NCBI GenBank assembly: GCA_963851265.1
Contig: CAWKNZ010000012.1
Coordinates: 41,855 to 105,854 of the forward strand
Direction: 5' to 3'
Source of the DNA: an uncultured Gemmatimonadales bacterium
GTDB taxonomy: Bacteria; Gemmatimonadota; Gemmatimonadetes; Gemmatimonadales; Gemmatimonadaceae
DNA length: 64,000 nucleotides
The position numbers were made by a program, and so were the translations under genes. The notes under the pieces are model-generated. The model did not search any database. It was not told the origin of the DNA and worked only from the letters and a program-made list of their open reading frames with translations. Of the stretch, positions 52,502 through 63,073 are shown piece by piece. Each line of letters begins with the position of its first letter. Position 1 is the first letter of the stretch.

Positions 52502-53629
52502 TCACGCGGCGGCGAGCGCCCGCCCGATGTCCTCGATCAGATCGGCGGCATCTTCCAGTCCCGCGCTCATGCGAACGAATCCGGGCGGCACGGCATCGCC
52601 GCCCCACCGTGCGCGCCGTTCCGCCGTCGTGTGCGTTCCCCCGAAGCTCGTCGCCTCGCGAACGATCCGGCACGACGCGAGGAACCGCTCCGCGGCCGCG
52701 CGATCGGCCAGCGTGAAGCTGACCACCGGGCCGAAATACTGCATCTGCCGCGCGGCGGTCACGTGGGCGGGATCGGCCGCGAGCCCCGGATAGCGCACCT
52801 GCTGCACCGCCGGATGCGACTCCAGGAACTCCGCGATCGCCTGCGCGTTCGCGCAGCTCCGCTGCAGTCGCACGTCGAGCGTGGCCAGCGAGCGGTGCGC
52901 GAGCCACACTTCCATCGGGCCGGGCACCGCCCCCGTCCGCGTCCGCCACTCGCGGAGCGTGTCGGCCCACGCGGCGTCGCGCACCGCGACGTGACCGAGG
53001 AGGAGGTCGCCGTGGCCGGTCAGCGCCTTCGTGTCCGAGGCGACCGAGAAGTCCGCGCCGAGCGCGAGTGGCACCTGCCCGAGCGGCGTCGCCGTGGTGT
53101 TGTCCAGGGCCACGAGTGCCCCCGCCTCGTGGGCCGCCGCGGCGACGGCCTGGACGTCGCACACGTCCAGCGTCGGATTCACCGGGCTTTCGATCCACAC
53201 GAGGCGCGCGCCGCGGACGTTCCCGGCCGCGGCGGCAGCCGTCGGGATTTCGCGCACCTCCACCCCGTTGGGCGCGAGGTGCTCGCGAACGAGCGCGCGA
53301 ATGGTGTAGTAGCCGTCGCTTGGAAGGACCAACACATCCCCGGGGCGCAGCACGACGCCGAGCACGGCGGCCGCGGCGGCCATCCCCGATGCGAAGGCAA
53401 CGGCCGATCCGCCTTCGAGGTCGCCGAGCGCGGCCTCGAATCGGGTCCACGTCGGATTGTGGTATCGGCCGTACGTGTACGCCGTCTCGGCCGGGTCGCC
53501 CGCGGCGTGGTACACGGCGGCGAAGGTCGGTCCGGGGAGGAACGGCATCCCCTGCTCGGGCGCGGGCACGCCCGCGTGGACCACACGCGTGGCGGGCCGG
53601 GGCCGAGGCGGTACGGGTGGTTCCGACAT
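52502..53629 (-). CDS. Cystathionine gamma-lyase/synthase family PLP enzyme
   Basis: YGRYHNPT, FASGMAA, ESPVNP, DNT, PLP lysine SDTKALTGHGD, TSFGG and RMSAGLED. Confidence 0.93.
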   Translation of the reverse strand: MSEPPVPPRPRPATRVVHAGVPAPEQGMPFLPGPTFAAVYHAAGDPAETAYTYGRYHNPTWTRFEAALGDLEGGSAVAFASGMAAAAAVLGVVLRPGDVLVLPSDGYYTIRALVREHLAPNGVEVREIPTAAAAAGNVRGARLVWIESPVNPTLDVCDVQAVAAAAHEAGALVALDNTTATPLGQVPLALGADFSVASDTKALTGHGDLLLGHVAVRDAAWADTLREWRTRTGAVPGPMEVWLAHRSLATLDVRLQRSCANAQAIAEFLESHPAVQQVRYPGLAADPAHVTAARQMQYFGPVVSFTLADRAAAERFLASCRIVREATSFGGTHTTAERRARWGGDAVPPGFVRMSAGLEDAADLIEDIGRALAAA

Positions 53630-53730
53630 GAGACGTCCGGTCTGCGGGAGGAATCGTTGCCGAGTGGTGAGACGCGCCGGGTGCGCGACCGCCTCGCGCG
53701 ATGCCTGCACGCGGAACGCGGCGGTGACCG

Positions 53731-55197
53731 TCAAGCGCCTAACACGTCGCGCAGGACGTCGACGCCCTGCCGCAGGGCGACCTCGTCGAGCGGCGCGTAT
53801 CCCAGCAGCAGCGCGCCGTCGGCCGCGCGCGGCGCGACGTGGTACATCGAGAGCGGCGGCGCTTCCACGCCGCGCGCGGCGAGCGCCGCCGACACCGCCG
53901 CGTCGCTCCGCCCCGCGGGAAGCCAGCCGAGGAGATGCAGGCCGGCCGCCGCGGGACGGAGGGTGACCCGGCCCCGCAACTCGCGTTCGGCGAGCGCCAC
54001 GAGCGCCGCCTGGCGGGCCGCGTACAGCGTCCGCATCCGCCGGACGTGCCGCGCGAAGTGCCCGTCGATGATGAAATCCGCGAGCACCGCCTGCTCGAGC
54101 GGCGACGCGGAACCGGCCGCGAACGCGCGCGCGCGTGCGAACGGTTCGATCAGATCGCGTGGGACGATCAGGTACCCGATCCGGAGTGACGGGAACACCG
54201 TCTTGCTGAACGTGCCGACGTAGAGCACGCGCCCGTCCGGGTCCAGCCCGTGGAGCGCCGGCAGCGGGTGGCCGGCGAACCGGTACTCGCTCTCGTAGTC
54301 GTCCTCGACGATCCACGCGCCGGCCGCACGCGCCCACCGCAGCAGCGCGTCGCGTCGCGCGCGACTCATCACCACCCCGAGCGGAAACTGGTGCGACGGG
54401 GTCGTGTAGACGAGCCGCGCCCGGGGGGCGATGCGTACGCCCTCGGCGACGTCGAGCCCCTCCGCGTCGACGGGCACAGGCACCACGCGTGCGCCGGCGA
54501 TGGTCAACACGCCGCGCATCCCGAGATAGCCGGGATCCTCCATCCACGCTGCATCGCCGGGATCGAGCAGGACCTGCGCGGCGAGGGTCAGCGCCTGTTG
54601 CGCGCCGCTCGTGACGAGCACCTGCGCCGGATCGCAGTGCACGCCGCGCGCGGTGCCCACGTAGGCGGCGATCGCCTCGCGCAGCGGGCGGTACCCGAAC
54701 GCCTCGCCGTGGTCGAGGAATTCGAGCGACACGCGCTGGGCCCGTCGCGCGGCGAGGCGCGCCCAGAGGTCGACCGGGAACCGGTCGAGCGCCGGCGTGC
54801 CGTGGCGGAACGGACGCGGCGCGAGTCCCAGGCGCGGCATCCCGTCGCTCAGCAGCGCCGTCCGGGCGCCGCGTCGGGCGATCGCCGGCCGCGCCGCCTC
54901 CTCCGGTCGTGCGCCTAACGGATCGCTCGGCGCCTCGGCGCGCACGAGGTCGTCCGGCGGCTGCGGCGCGACTCGCGTGCCCGCGCCCGGGCGCCCGCGG
55001 AGGTAGCCTTCCGCGGCGAGCTGCGTAACCGCCAGGAGGACCGTGTTGCGGGACACGCCGAGGTCCGCCGCGAGCGCGCGCGTCGAGGGGACGCGATCGT
55101 GCGGACGCAACCGGCCGGCGACGACGGCGTCGCGCACCGCGCCGTAGATCTGCCGGTGGAGCGGCTCCCGCGCCGACCGGTCGAGGGTGACCGACAA
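53731..55197 (-). CDS. MocR/GabR family PLP-dependent transcriptional regulator
   Basis: GntR HTH (PLHRQIY...PSTRALAADLGVSRNTV) plus TPSHQFPLG, EDDYESEY and GTFSKTVFPSLRIGY. The start is uncertain; TTG 55197 is the nearest candidate. Confidence 0.92.
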   Translation of the reverse strand: MSVTLDRSAREPLHRQIYGAVRDAVVAGRLRPHDRVPSTRALAADLGVSRNTVLLAVTQLAAEGYLRGRPGAGTRVAPQPPDDLVRAEAPSDPLGARPEEAARPAIARRGARTALLSDGMPRLGLAPRPFRHGTPALDRFPVDLWARLAARRAQRVSLEFLDHGEAFGYRPLREAIAAYVGTARGVHCDPAQVLVTSGAQQALTLAAQVLLDPGDAAWMEDPGYLGMRGVLTIAGARVVPVPVDAEGLDVAEGVRIAPRARLVYTTPSHQFPLGVVMSRARRDALLRWARAAGAWIVEDDYESEYRFAGHPLPALHGLDPDGRVLYVGTFSKTVFPSLRIGYLIVPRDLIEPFARARAFAAGSASPLEQAVLADFIIDGHFARHVRRMRTLYAARQAALVALAERELRGRVTLRPAAAGLHLLGWLPAGRSDAAVSAALAARGVEAPPLSMYHVAPRAADGALLLGYAPLDEVALRQGVDVLRDVLGA

Positions 55198-55292
55198 CGA
55201 CGCGACGTCGGCGGGACGCGCCGGGCGCTTCGGCCGCGGGCCGAGGCGTGGCGGTGGTGGGGCCGCGCGCCCCGTCCCATCGGAGTCCGTCG

Positions 55293-55820
55293 TCAGTTGG
55301 GGTGGACCTGCCACTCCAGCCGCGAACCGGGGCGCAGGAATCCCTGGTGGACGGACCGCGGCGTTTGAGAATCGGTTGGCCCGTACTCCCAGTAGGTGAA
55401 GTAGAGCGCGCCCGGCGTCGCGACGGCGAGCTTTTCGAGGCGCCGGAACGGGCCGACGTTCACGCTCCCGAGTTGCGCGACGAGATTGATGTCGGTCAGG
55501 CCTCCGAGCGTGTGCGGGATGGCGTGCCCGCGGTGGTAGCGGGGGCCGGCGCTCAACGGGTGGCCGGCCATCCTGGATTTGTCGCGCGGCCCGGTGTGCG
55601 CACCGTGGCTCACTCCCCAGGCCGCGACCAGCCGTTCGCCGCGGACATCGAACAGGTACGAGAACCCGCCGCAGGTCGTCTCGACGATGTCGGGCGACGG
55701 CGTCGTCCGGGCGTAGGCGTCGGCCCACGCTTCGACGAGGAAGGCGATCGCCGCCGCGAAGGGGGGCCTCCCCGCCGCGCTCCCGGCAGCGAGCGTGTTC
55801 ACTCGAGAGTAGTCGATCAC
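55293..55820 (-). CDS. DNA/RNA non-specific endonuclease (His-Me finger, Endonuclease_NS_2-like)
   Basis: [13 protein letters not shown]...[11 protein letters not shown]...FRRLE motif. GTG start preceded by GGAGG. Confidence 0.78.
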   Translation of the reverse strand: MIDYSRVNTLAAGSAAGRPPFAAAIAFLVEAWADAYARTTPSPDIVETTCGGFSYLFDVRGERLVAAWGVSHGAHTGPRDKSRMAGHPLSAGPRYHRGHAIPHTLGGLTDINLVAQLGSVNVGPFRRLEKLAVATPGALYFTYWEYGPTDSQTPRSVHQGFLRPGSRLEWQVHPN

Positions 55821-56422
55821 GGACGACCTCCGGCAGAATTCCGCGTCGCGAATGTGCGCTCGACAGTGCAGCGCGCGCGGGGCGGCGTCAAGCGCGGCGC
55901 GCGCGGCGTGTGGCGTATCGAGGGACTCGATCAGGGGGTGGTTTCGCAGCACGCGGGCTGGGCCATCGCGATCACGTTCAGCCGCGGCGTGAAGCTCGGC
56001 GGAGTTTCAGCCCTCCCGAGTCCGGAGCGCGGCCGGAGCGCGGTCGGCCCCGACGCGATCATGCGGACTCGACGATGACGCGGCCGCCGCCCGGGCGCGC
56101 CACGCTGTCGCCCAGCGCACACAGCGGGCCCCGGAGGTGGCCGCGATACGCGACGCGCGGCGCCAGGGCGGTCGCCGGCGCGAACCCGCCGGCGCAACGA
56201 GCAACGTGTCCGTGCCCCGCCGTCGGGCGATCACGCGCGACGGACGCACGGCCACGTCCGCCGCGTCCGCTCTGGCGCTTTGCAGCGCGCGACGGCCGCC
56301 CGCTCGCCGACTTCTGCTCCTATCATTTCATCGGTCCGCGTCCGACGAGGACCGGGCCGTGCGGCGAGCGACAGGAGGTACACGCGCCCAACGTCCTACA
56401 CGAACCGTGTCGAGGGGCCACG

Positions 56423-57463
56423 ATGAAAGCCGTCATGTACGAAGCGTTCGGCGAACGCCCCAAACTGGTCAGTCTGCCGGACCCCACACCCGAGCCGCAC
56501 GGCGTCGTGGTGAAGGTGGCGGCGACCGGTGTGTGCCGCAGCGACTGGCATGGCTGGGTCGGTCACGATGCCGACATCGCACTGCCGCACGTGCCCGGTC
56601 ACGAGCTGGCGGGTACGGTCCAAGCGGTTGGCAGCGACGTCACCAAATGGAAGATCGGCGACCGCGTGACCGTACCATTCGTCGGTGGCTGCGGCTCCTG
56701 CCCCGAGTGCCACGCGGGTCATCAGCAGGTGTGTCACCGCCAATTTCAACCCGGGTTCACTCACTGGGGATCGTTCGCCGAATACGTGTCGCTCCACAAC
56801 GCAGACCTCAATCTGGTCGCGCTGCCGGACACCGTCGAATTCGTCACGGCTGCAGGGTTGGGCTGCCGTTTCGTGACGTCCTTCCGCGCGGTGGTGGATC
56901 AAGGCAAGGTCGCCGCCGGGCAATGGGTGGGCGTGCACGGATGCGGCGGGGTGGGCCTGGCGGCCATCATGATCGCGAACGCGCTCGGAGCCAACGTCGT
57001 TGCGGTGGACATCGCCGACGACAAGCTGGCGCTGGCGAAGCGCCTGGGCGCGGCCGTCACCATCAACGCCAGATCCGCGGCCAGCGTACCCGAGGCGCTG
57101 ATCGAAGTGACCGGCGGGGGCGCGCATGTCTCGTTAGACGCACTCGGGCACCCCGAAACCTGCTTCAACTCTGTCGCGGGCCTGCGCCGACGCGGTAGGC
57201 ATGTGCAGGTCGGGCTGATGCTGGGGGACCACAGCACCCCCGCCGTGCCGATGAGCCGCATCGTCGCGCACGAGCTCGAGATCCTCGGCAGCCACGGCAT
57301 GCCGGCGCATCGCTACGACGTGATGATGCCCATGATTCTCTCCGGCAAGTTGAAACCCGAACTCCTCGTCGGGAAGGAAATCAGCCTCGAGGAGTCGATC
57401 GATGCGCTGATCTCCATGAACGAGTTCCAGGGCACCGGCACCACGGTGGTCACCAGGTTCTGA
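56423..57463 (+). CDS. Zinc-dependent alcohol dehydrogenase family protein
   Basis: [28 protein letters not shown] and GCGGVG. Confidence 0.95.
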   Translation: MKAVMYEAFGERPKLVSLPDPTPEPHGVVVKVAATGVCRSDWHGWVGHDADIALPHVPGHELAGTVQAVGSDVTKWKIGDRVTVPFVGGCGSCPECHAGHQQVCHRQFQPGFTHWGSFAEYVSLHNADLNLVALPDTVEFVTAAGLGCRFVTSFRAVVDQGKVAAGQWVGVHGCGGVGLAAIMIANALGANVVAVDIADDKLALAKRLGAAVTINARSAASVPEALIEVTGGGAHVSLDALGHPETCFNSVAGLRRRGRHVQVGLMLGDHSTPAVPMSRIVAHELEILGSHGMPAHRYDVMMPMILSGKLKPELLVGKEISLEESIDALISMNEFQGTGTTVVTRF

Positions 57464-57883
57464 GGTCGGGCCACACCGGCGCCGCGCCCTCATTGCGGCG
57501 ACGTGATGACCCACCTGCTTCTCGGAGTGCATCGCTATGCCCGATCGCCCTCGCCCCGAGGACGGATGCGCGATGGGGGTACGGCGGACGGCAGGATGGC
57601 CGAACGCCGGGTCCGCAGCCAGCAGCGGCAGCGGGGTCGATCGCGTGTGCGCGCGGGGTGGGCGCTCCATGTCGTGGCAGGCCGCGTACGGTGGTGCGTG
57701 CCGTTCGCGGGACGTCCTCAGTTCGGGAGGAGCGACGAGCACGGGCGCAAGGTCGGTGGCGCGCTCCGGTGATGCGCCCCGCCGTCCCGGGAGTTCCCCA
57801 CACGGCTAGACTGGCCCTGTGCCGCGGCATACGCTCCCGCCGCGCCCAACCGCGCCGACCCGAACGCCGCATCGCGAGGACCC

Positions 57884-59689
57884 GTGGACAGGCCAGTCGA
57901 TTTTCTGGAGGCAGCACAGCCCGAGTTCGAGCGCCGCGCCGAGGCGGCCGAAGCGTCCACCGGCGTCGACCGCCGCGAGTTCCTCTTCCGGTCGCTCGTC
58001 ACCGCCGCCGCGGGGACGCTCGGCGCCGGGCCGGCGCTGCTCGCCGCGCAGCCGCCGACGCGCCCGTCCAACGCCGCGTCCGCCGCCGCCCAGCCGGCAG
58101 TGCCGCCGTTCCCGCTCGGCAATGGGGAGCCGCCGGCCGAGCAGTTCATGCCGTATCCGGGGGGCACGGGTGCGCTGATGGAGCAGCTCGTGCGCGAGCA
58201 CGGCGCTGCGGCGTTCGCGCGCGGCACGTTCCGCGTGGCGCCGTGGACCGGTCCGGTGCCGACGAGCGACGAGGACGTCGCGTTCCTCCCCGCGCACCGC
58301 CTGTCGGCGTTGCTGAAGGAGCGGAAGATCACGTCCACGCGGCTCACGCGGATCTACCTCCAGCGGCTCCAGCGGCTCAACCCCACGCTCCGGTGCGCCG
58401 TCACCGTCATGGAGCCGCAGGCGCTCGCCGAGGCGGCGCGCGCCGACGTCGAGATCGCCGCCGGGCGGTACCGCGGCCCGCTGCACGGGATCCCGTACGG
58501 GGTGAAGGACCTGTTCGCGACGAAGGGCGTGCCCACCACGTGGGGCGCGCGTGACTTCGAGGGGCGCGTTCTCGACGAGGACGCGGAAGTGGTGGCGCGG
58601 CTGCGCGATGCCGGCGCGGTGCTCATCGCGAAGCTCGCGACCGGGCTGTTCGCGCAGAACGACCAGTGGTTCGGGGGGCGCACCAACAACCCGTGGAACC
58701 TGTCGTTAGGCTCGAGCGGCTCGTCCGCCGGCCCGGCGTCGGCGACCGCGGCGGCGTGCGTCGCCTTCGCCATCGGGACCGAGACGCAGGGATCGATCGT
58801 GTCGCCGGCGCTGCGCTGCGGCACGAGCGCGCTCCGGCCGACGTTCGGGCGGGTGAGCCGTGCCGGGGGAATGGTGCTCGCGTGGACGCAGGACCGCGTG
58901 GGGCCGCTCACCCGCACGGCCGAGGATGCCGCGATGGTCTTCCACGCCATCCACGGCGCCGACCCGAAGGATCCGTCGACGGTGACGACGCCGTTCCACT
59001 TCGATCCGGCGATCACGGTGTCGTCGCTGCGCATCGGCGTCGACCCGAGCGCGCCGAAGGAGTTCGTGGACGGGCTGCGCGCGCTCGGCATGCGGCCGGT
59101 CGCGATCGGCGCGCGTCCCACGGTCCCCGGCGTCGGCCAGGGCAGCCTGAACGTCGAGTACGCGGCGGCGTTCGACGACTACGTGCAGCGCAAGGCGAAG
59201 GAGATCGGGCTCGACCTCAACACCGTCGTCACACCGACGACCAACGGCGCCCCGTTCCCAGGCACGTCGCCCACTGCGACGGCCGGGACCCCCATGGCGC
59301 CGGCGGACTGGAACCCACGCTTCGTGAACGGACGCACCGTGAAGGCGTTCGAGTTCGTGCAGAACCAGCGACGCCGCTACGTGCTGGTGTCGCGTTGGGC
59401 GGAGTTCATGAAGGATCTCGACATGTTCATCGGCGCGCCGCTGGCCGACGTTGCCGCCAATGCACAGACCGGGCACCCGTGCGTGGTCGTCCCGTACAAG
59501 TTCGACGTGCCGACGCCCCCCGGCCCGCCGGGCGGCGCGGCCCAGCCGGCGCCCGGCGCCGAGGCGCTGCGGCCGCAACCGATCGGGGCGGTCATCACGG
59601 GCGCGCTCTACGCCGACGACCGCATCCTCTCGGTCGCCCATCAGTTCGAGGCGCACTCGGACGTGCATCTGAAGCGGCCCGTGGTGTGA
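57884..59689 (+). CDS. Amidase-signature enzyme with Tat-like motif
   Basis: DRREFL plus a hydrophobic stretch, GPLHGIPYGVKDL, SGSSAG and GTETQGSI. Confidence 0.9.
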   Translation: MDRPVDFLEAAQPEFERRAEAAEASTGVDRREFLFRSLVTAAAGTLGAGPALLAAQPPTRPSNAASAAAQPAVPPFPLGNGEPPAEQFMPYPGGTGALMEQLVREHGAAAFARGTFRVAPWTGPVPTSDEDVAFLPAHRLSALLKERKITSTRLTRIYLQRLQRLNPTLRCAVTVMEPQALAEAARADVEIAAGRYRGPLHGIPYGVKDLFATKGVPTTWGARDFEGRVLDEDAEVVARLRDAGAVLIAKLATGLFAQNDQWFGGRTNNPWNLSLGSSGSSAGPASATAAACVAFAIGTETQGSIVSPALRCGTSALRPTFGRVSRAGGMVLAWTQDRVGPLTRTAEDAAMVFHAIHGADPKDPSTVTTPFHFDPAITVSSLRIGVDPSAPKEFVDGLRALGMRPVAIGARPTVPGVGQGSLNVEYAAAFDDYVQRKAKEIGLDLNTVVTPTTNGAPFPGTSPTATAGTPMAPADWNPRFVNGRTVKAFEFVQNQRRRYVLVSRWAEFMKDLDMFIGAPLADVAANAQTGHPCVVVPYKFDVPTPPGPPGGAAQPAPGAEALRPQPIGAVITGALYADDRILSVAHQFEAHSDVHLKRPVV

Positions 59690-60194
59690 CCACGCGTCTC
59701 GCGAGCCGCTCGACGCCCTGCCGTCGGCAGGCGGAGCGGCCCGCGTGCGCCGGGACCGGTGTCGAGAGCAGAATGGGGCGCCGGAACAGCCGAGCGCCGC
59801 GCGTGGCCTTTCGGCCCCGCGGAGCATGGCCCGTCGGCAGGCGCGGCCCGCCGCAGCGTGAGAGACGACGTCGTCCACGGTGCGACCGTGAATCGGCGCA
59901 TCCCGTGGTGCCCCACGCTCGGGCGGGTGTGCCGCGCAGCGCCTACTGCGGGGCCGGTTTCGGCACGGTATGTGTCCTCGGGGCAGGAAGGCGAGAAAAC
60001 GTGCCCGCTCTGGTGGAATGATCACGGCCCAGTATGCCACGACGACACGCGGAAAACGCACGGGTCAATGTCGTACCCGGGGCGGCGTGAGGCGGCGATA
60101 CGCGGCGGAAAGCCGGTTAGGCAGTGTGCGTGTAGAGCGTTCTACAGCGATGGGTTGCCCCGTGCAGAACGGTACAATTACCTCGGTCGGCCGG

Positions 60195-60661
60195 TTATGC
60201 GTATCGCGCGCGGCACGACATGCCCTCGTGAGTTCGGCCCGAATTGATGCGAACTGCTTTCGTGATGCGCCGCGAGCTCGGCGACGGCAAGGAGGCGCTC
60301 ACGGGAGTCACCGCCGCCGGCGAGCCCCACACGAACGCGGCGTAATCGACCGGCGCCGGCGCGGCACCCGACTCCCGGAACATCAGGTTCACCTGCCCCC
60401 GGTGGTACTTGCCGTGAAGTATCCGGTGGAGGAGAATGTCGTCGACCCTCGTCGTGAACGCCTGCCCCGCGCTGTTGGTGTAAGACACGCGCCGCTCTAC
60501 GGTGTGTCCGGCAGGGCCGCCGGAATCAGCCCCGCGAGGTCGCGATCGAACTCCGCACGCACGGCGCCGCGCGAAGCTTCGAACTCCTCCCGCGGGAGCG
60601 CAGGGCAAATCGCCGTCCGGGGCAGTTCCCCCTGCAGGCGCCGCGGGACCAACACTCCGTT
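60195..60661 (-). pseudogene. Frameshifted, 5'-truncated DinB family gene
   Basis: One frame reads RRLQGELPRTAICPALPREEFEASRGAVRAEFDRDLAGLIPAAL and stops at 60497-60499. Another frame continues VSYTNSAGQAFTTRVDDILLHRILHGKYHRGQVNLMFRESGAAPAPVDYAAFV. Confidence 0.75.
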
Positions 60662-60739
60662 GGTATGGCATCCCCGCGGATGCTCCTCACGCGGGCGGTT
60701 TCACGACCGCTCGCTCGCCGCGGTGAACGGTACGCCGGC

Positions 60740-60821
60740 CGACCGGGGCAATATCGTGACCTACCTGCGTCTGAACGGGCTGGTCCCGCCGTCGAGCAAG
60801 CCGCGGTCGCCGGCAGGCTGA
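60740..60821 (+). pseudogene. C-terminal remnant of a second DinB family gene
   Basis: DRGNIVTYLRLNGLVPPSSKPR-stop resembles the (H)YGNIVTYLRLxGxVPPSS DinB C-terminus. No intact upstream part. Confidence 0.55.
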
Positions 60822-61091
60822 CGAGCGGGCATCGCGTCCATTCGTGGCTCGACCGACGGACGTCAGGTTGCGCGCTGATTGACTGTCGGGAACACCCGCG
60901 CCGGATCGGGGCCGATCGTCATCGTCGAGTTCAGGGGGAGACGAACCGACGTTCGAACGGCACTTCCCTGCCCGACCGCACCGGCGAAACGTGCGCGGTG
61001 CTGCGTGCGTACGAGCGCACACACGGCCCTCGGCGTGAACGTGCCGCCGCGTCCGGTCAGTGCCGATGGACCCCAGTCCCCAACCCGCCAC

Positions 61092-62531
61092 ATGCGCGCT
61101 CGCACGCTCGTCCTCACGGCCGCGTGGCCCCTCGCCGTCGCGCCACGAATCCCCGCCCAACGTCCCGCCGCCGGCCTGCAGCCCGCGGTGATCGGCGAAC
61201 CCACGCTCGGCGAGGCCGCGCTGGTCCAACGTCTTCGGCAGCATGCCGATAGTCTCGCGCGGCGCGACGAGTTCTCGGGCGTGATCCTGCTGACGAAAGC
61301 GGGCCGACCGGTGTTCGAGTCTGCCTATGGATACGCCGACCGCGAGGCAAGGCGTCCGATCACGGTCGGCACCGCGTTCAACTACAGCTCGATCGGCAAG
61401 CTGTTCACGCAGGCGGCGGTGTGGCAGCTGATCCACGCGGGGAAGCTCGCGCCCGACTCCACCGTCGGACACTACTGGCCCGACTATCCGAACCCGGACG
61501 TCGCGCGCGGCGTGACCATCCGTCAGCTGCTGCAGCATCGGTCAGGGGTCGGCGGCGATGTCTTCGGCACGCCGGCGGGCGGTACACGCCGCGACGTGCG
61601 GTCGACGAAGGACTACGTCGCGCTCGTCGCGAATGCGCCGATGCACTTCGCGGCCGGCACGAAGCAGGAGTACTCCAACGCGGGATACATCATCCTCGGC
61701 GCGCTCGTCGAGCGCGTCTCGGGCCAGGACTACTACACGTACGTGCGCGAGCACGTGCTCGCGCCGGCGGGGCTTCGACACACCGCGTTCTACGCGAGCG
61801 ACTCGCTCCCTCCCGCTGCGGCCATCGGGTACACCCGGAGCGCCGACGGCGACGACACTCCGAACCCGACTGCGCCACTGCGGCGCAACAGCGCCGGCCT
61901 CCCCGGGCGCGGCAGCGCGGCGGGCGGTGGGTACTCGACCGTCGCGGATCTCGCGCAGTTCGTCACCGCGTTGCGGGCGGCGCGGATCGACGGGTTCGCC
62001 GAGGTCCGGCATGGCGCGGTCGCGGGCGGCAGCCCGGGATCGAACGGGATCATCGAGGAGGACATGCCCGGCGGCTACGACCTCGTGGTGCTGAGCAACT
62101 TCGACCCGCCCGCGGCGATGTCCATCGCGTCCACGGTGCGCAACTGGCTGCTCGGCCGCGCTGGCGACGCGCCCGACGCCCGCGTTCGCATCGGTGCGGC
62201 CGCCGCGCTCGACCTCGCGCACACGGACGCGGGGCGCGCGGCTGATCGGTACATCCGTGCGTTCAACACGGGGGATACCGCGGCCGTGCGCACCGTCATC
62301 GAGCACGACATGGTCCCGAATCCTGCCCGCACGATCGCCCAGCGACTCGACGCGTACCGAACGGTGCACGACGACCTGGGCACGCTCACGGCGTTCTCGA
62401 GCACGGCGTCGGGCGACGGCGAGATCGCCGTGGTCGCGCATGCGGAGAAGGGCGGCGACGTGACCCTGCTCGTATCCGTGGAGCGCGCGGTCCCGCACCG
62501 TATCGTTTCGGTTCGGTTCGAGCGGCAGTGA
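61092..62531 (+). CDS. Serine hydrolase (beta-lactamase/PBP class C-like) with an extra C-terminal domain
   Basis: Signal peptide, SxxK motif SIGK, LLQHRSG, YSNAGY and AAGGGYST. Confidence 0.9.
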   Translation: MRARTLVLTAAWPLAVAPRIPAQRPAAGLQPAVIGEPTLGEAALVQRLRQHADSLARRDEFSGVILLTKAGRPVFESAYGYADREARRPITVGTAFNYSSIGKLFTQAAVWQLIHAGKLAPDSTVGHYWPDYPNPDVARGVTIRQLLQHRSGVGGDVFGTPAGGTRRDVRSTKDYVALVANAPMHFAAGTKQEYSNAGYIILGALVERVSGQDYYTYVREHVLAPAGLRHTAFYASDSLPPAAAIGYTRSADGDDTPNPTAPLRRNSAGLPGRGSAAGGGYSTVADLAQFVTALRAARIDGFAEVRHGAVAGGSPGSNGIIEEDMPGGYDLVVLSNFDPPAAMSIASTVRNWLLGRAGDAPDARVRIGAAAALDLAHTDAGRAADRYIRAFNTGDTAAVRTVIEHDMVPNPARTIAQRLDAYRTVHDDLGTLTAFSSTASGDGEIAVVAHAEKGGDVTLLVSVERAVPHRIVSVRFERQ

Positions 62532-63073
62532 GGCGACGCTCCCCACACGGCGGCGGACGGCTCGCTCCGGTGTGCTATCGCACGCTCTGTCGGAATCCCG
62601 GGTGCGGTCGCTCGTAACTTCGGCCCGAGTTCGCGCGAACCGCGTTCGTAACTCGCTGCATTCGCGTCGACGCCCGCCCGCCCGCCCACTCGCTCCGCGG
62701 CGACGGCGATACAGGGCGCATCGCGCGCGACGAGGACCTGAAGTTTGCGCCGATGACGTCGCGTGGCCATGCCCAATGCGGGCGCGCGCCGCAGGTCATC
62801 GATGACCGCGACGTCCACGTGGCGACGATGCCCTTGCCCCTCGGCGCGCGTCCCCCGCACCCCGGCAGCGACGACGTGCCGACGCTCGACCCGCGCGACG
62901 GCCGTCCGCTCCCGTCACCCGGGTGAGCGCCCACCCCGCGACCGCGGCGTCGCGGTCGCGACCGCCGGGGGCGCGACCGGCGCGCGAACGCCGGGCCGCG
63001 TCTCGGGTAACGGATCGGAACGCGGTGTGTGGCGCAAACGTCGTCGCCCGCCCTTTCCCAGGAGACGCATCCC

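Noticed and set aside
59759..60247. 162-aa Cys-containing ORF
   Set aside because: Atypical codon usage, no recognisable motif or RBS, and it lies in a decayed region.
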